A DNA stretch of 64,000 nucleotides from Mytilus edulis (lineage: Eukaryota). Every line of letters begins with the position of its first letter. The first letter of the stretch is position 1. Shown one piece after another: positions 62,241 through 64,000 of this stretch. The stretch is taken from positions 4,836,001-4,900,000 of the forward strand of contig NC_092345.1 in the NCBI RefSeq assembly GCF_963676685.1, given 5' to 3'. Both the position numbers and the translations under genes were made by a program. The notes beneath the pieces were generated by a model. It searched no databases, had not been told where the DNA came from, and saw only the letters and a list, made by a program, of their open reading frames with translations.

Positions 62241-63514
62241 TTTTTAGTGGTTGACTATAAACCCTAGTTATCACATTCAAAAATTATTTTTTTTCGAAGA
62301 CAATTTTCATCATCCAACTTGAAAGACTGTCGTCAAGTACTTTTAGTAAAAAAAAATAGCTATTCGAACACACCTACTCTGTTTTTGTGATTCATTAGAT
62401 AGGTATTTCACTTGACCCATATATTTCATCTTTTAGTAATGTGTTTTTTTATGTTATAAAGTCAACCTGAAGCTTTGATATATAAAATGATAGAATCTGA
62501 AGCGAGATGATGTATCAAATATTCTTGCTTTGTACGATTTCAAGATAAAATATTCAACTCAAACACACCCTAACATAAAAAGGTGCACTCGTTTTTCACT
62601 TTTTGATATAATTGTTACCCATTTGTGGATTTTTTCTTGAGTCACATAATGGAAGGGCAGACACGAAAATTACTGAACTAATAGATTCATATGTTCTCCG
62701 TCCGTGGTAATTAAAAAAAAAATCGGAGGTTATGCATTTTCTTCATCCATCTGCATAGATACCCATGTCGTCGACTTGATATCTAATTGTTCTGCATTAC
62801 TATGTAATAGATACATTGAAAACTTATGCAAATGTTGTTGTTTTTTTTTTTAAATAAAACACTTCGTAATTGAGAATAAAATTGTCGTTTTATTTGTTTC
62901 TTTTAACTTTTAAAATTTTTGTTACTATAGTAAACATTACAGTAAGCATTTATCGCCTTCTCTAACAAAGAGCTTCGATTCTTTTGTTCTATGTCAACTG
63001 GGTTTCCGTCTGTGTAGGAATATCATTTGTTTTAAAAAGCAGACCTGTGTGAACCGTGTGAATTAAATATAAGACCAGTGTGCGTGTTTTGTTTCAGATT
63101 CACGATCAATGAAAAAGGATACAACAAATACAGTTAAATCTGCCTCATAAGCTCATATCTTGACTTACATATGAAAATTTACAATCAGGGTCGGTTGTAA
63201 ACTAAACTTTACGACAAAACAGATGATTGCAGCTTCCCAAGTGCGAACTTTCAATTTCTTTTATGCAACATTTCAATAGCGCCTGCATACGGAGTATATT
63301 TCTTGCAGTTGATACAATATTTCAAGGCTTGTATTTCCTTACATGATTTTCTTAAAATAGGGTTGCTGTCCACAAGGGAGCTAACAAATCAAGGGTTCCA
63401 AGTGGTGATATTAAACCATTCATTTAATGACGCCATCACGAGTTGGTTAATCGCTATCAAATATCACTTTCACAGATGGTAGTGTATATATATTATTTTT
63501 TGTAACTACAATCT

Positions 63515-64000
63515 ATATAAAAAAGAAGATGTGGTATGATTGCCAATTTGACAACTCTCCACAAGAGACCAAATGTCACAGAAATAAACAACTATAGGTC
63601 ACCGTACGCCTTCAACAATGAGTAAAGTACATGCCATATAGTCAGCTATAAAAGACCCCAAGATGAATAATTTTAAACAATTCAAACGAGAAAACTAACT
63701 GCCGAATTAAAGTACCAATAAATGAACGAAAAACAAATATGTAAAACTCTATAAATGAACATTGATATTAAATGCTTCATGCATGTAAACATGTTGCTGT
63801 AATTTATTTTGTTTTATGGAGTATAATAATTTCTGATGTCTATCAATTCAAATTTTGATATTTCTAAGATAAAGAAATGTTTAAAAACATAAAGATATTT
63901 CGATAATAAGTATACTAACTTTGAACTATATATTACTACAAAGAATTTCAGTTTGTTTCACCTTTCGTCAAGGCTTTTATCCTACCTTCAACCCTACCTT
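63515..64000 (+). repeat. Diverged copy of 43220-43700
   Basis: Homology continues beyond the SINE-like part to CACCTTTCGTCAAGGCTTTTA.CCTACCTTCAAC at the window end. Confidence 0.85.

Overview
AT-rich, repeat-dense animal genomic DNA, most likely a bivalve of the Mytilus type. This is inferred from the C1qDC tandem cluster and the ~350-nt hammerhead-ribozyme repeats. (1) Minus-strand C1q-domain (C1qDC) cluster: one intact two-exon gene (40123-42072, 192 aa) and one rearranged gene (exon 1 at 18372-18879 with a 7x 17-aa coiled-coil repeat, C1q exon at 14006-14424). Two further partial C1q exons come from a local duplication and a ~6.9-kb tandem duplication. (2) A 5'-truncated L2/CR1-group LINE sits 15-20 bp into the intron of the rearranged gene, in frame with its exon 1, and is preceded by an in-frame TAA-GTT-ATG stop/restart. 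(3) A very young Ty3/gypsy LTR retrotransposon (21489-29606; 858-bp LTRs with 2 differences, CCAA target-site duplication [TSD], tRNA-Leu-like primer-binding site [PBS]) has a broken pol but an intact third ORF in the env position. That ORF encodes a zinc-finger/acidic protein with its own predicted splice donor and acceptor. (4) A plus-strand 9-exon PhyH-family Fe(II)/2-oxoglutarate dioxygenase gene (~45575-56284). (5) Type I hammerhead ribozyme (retrozyme-like) repeats, Helentron-like tandem triplication, several MITEs, SINE-like repeats and decayed LINE/Penelope remnants. All coordinates were read by eye and no database searches were run.
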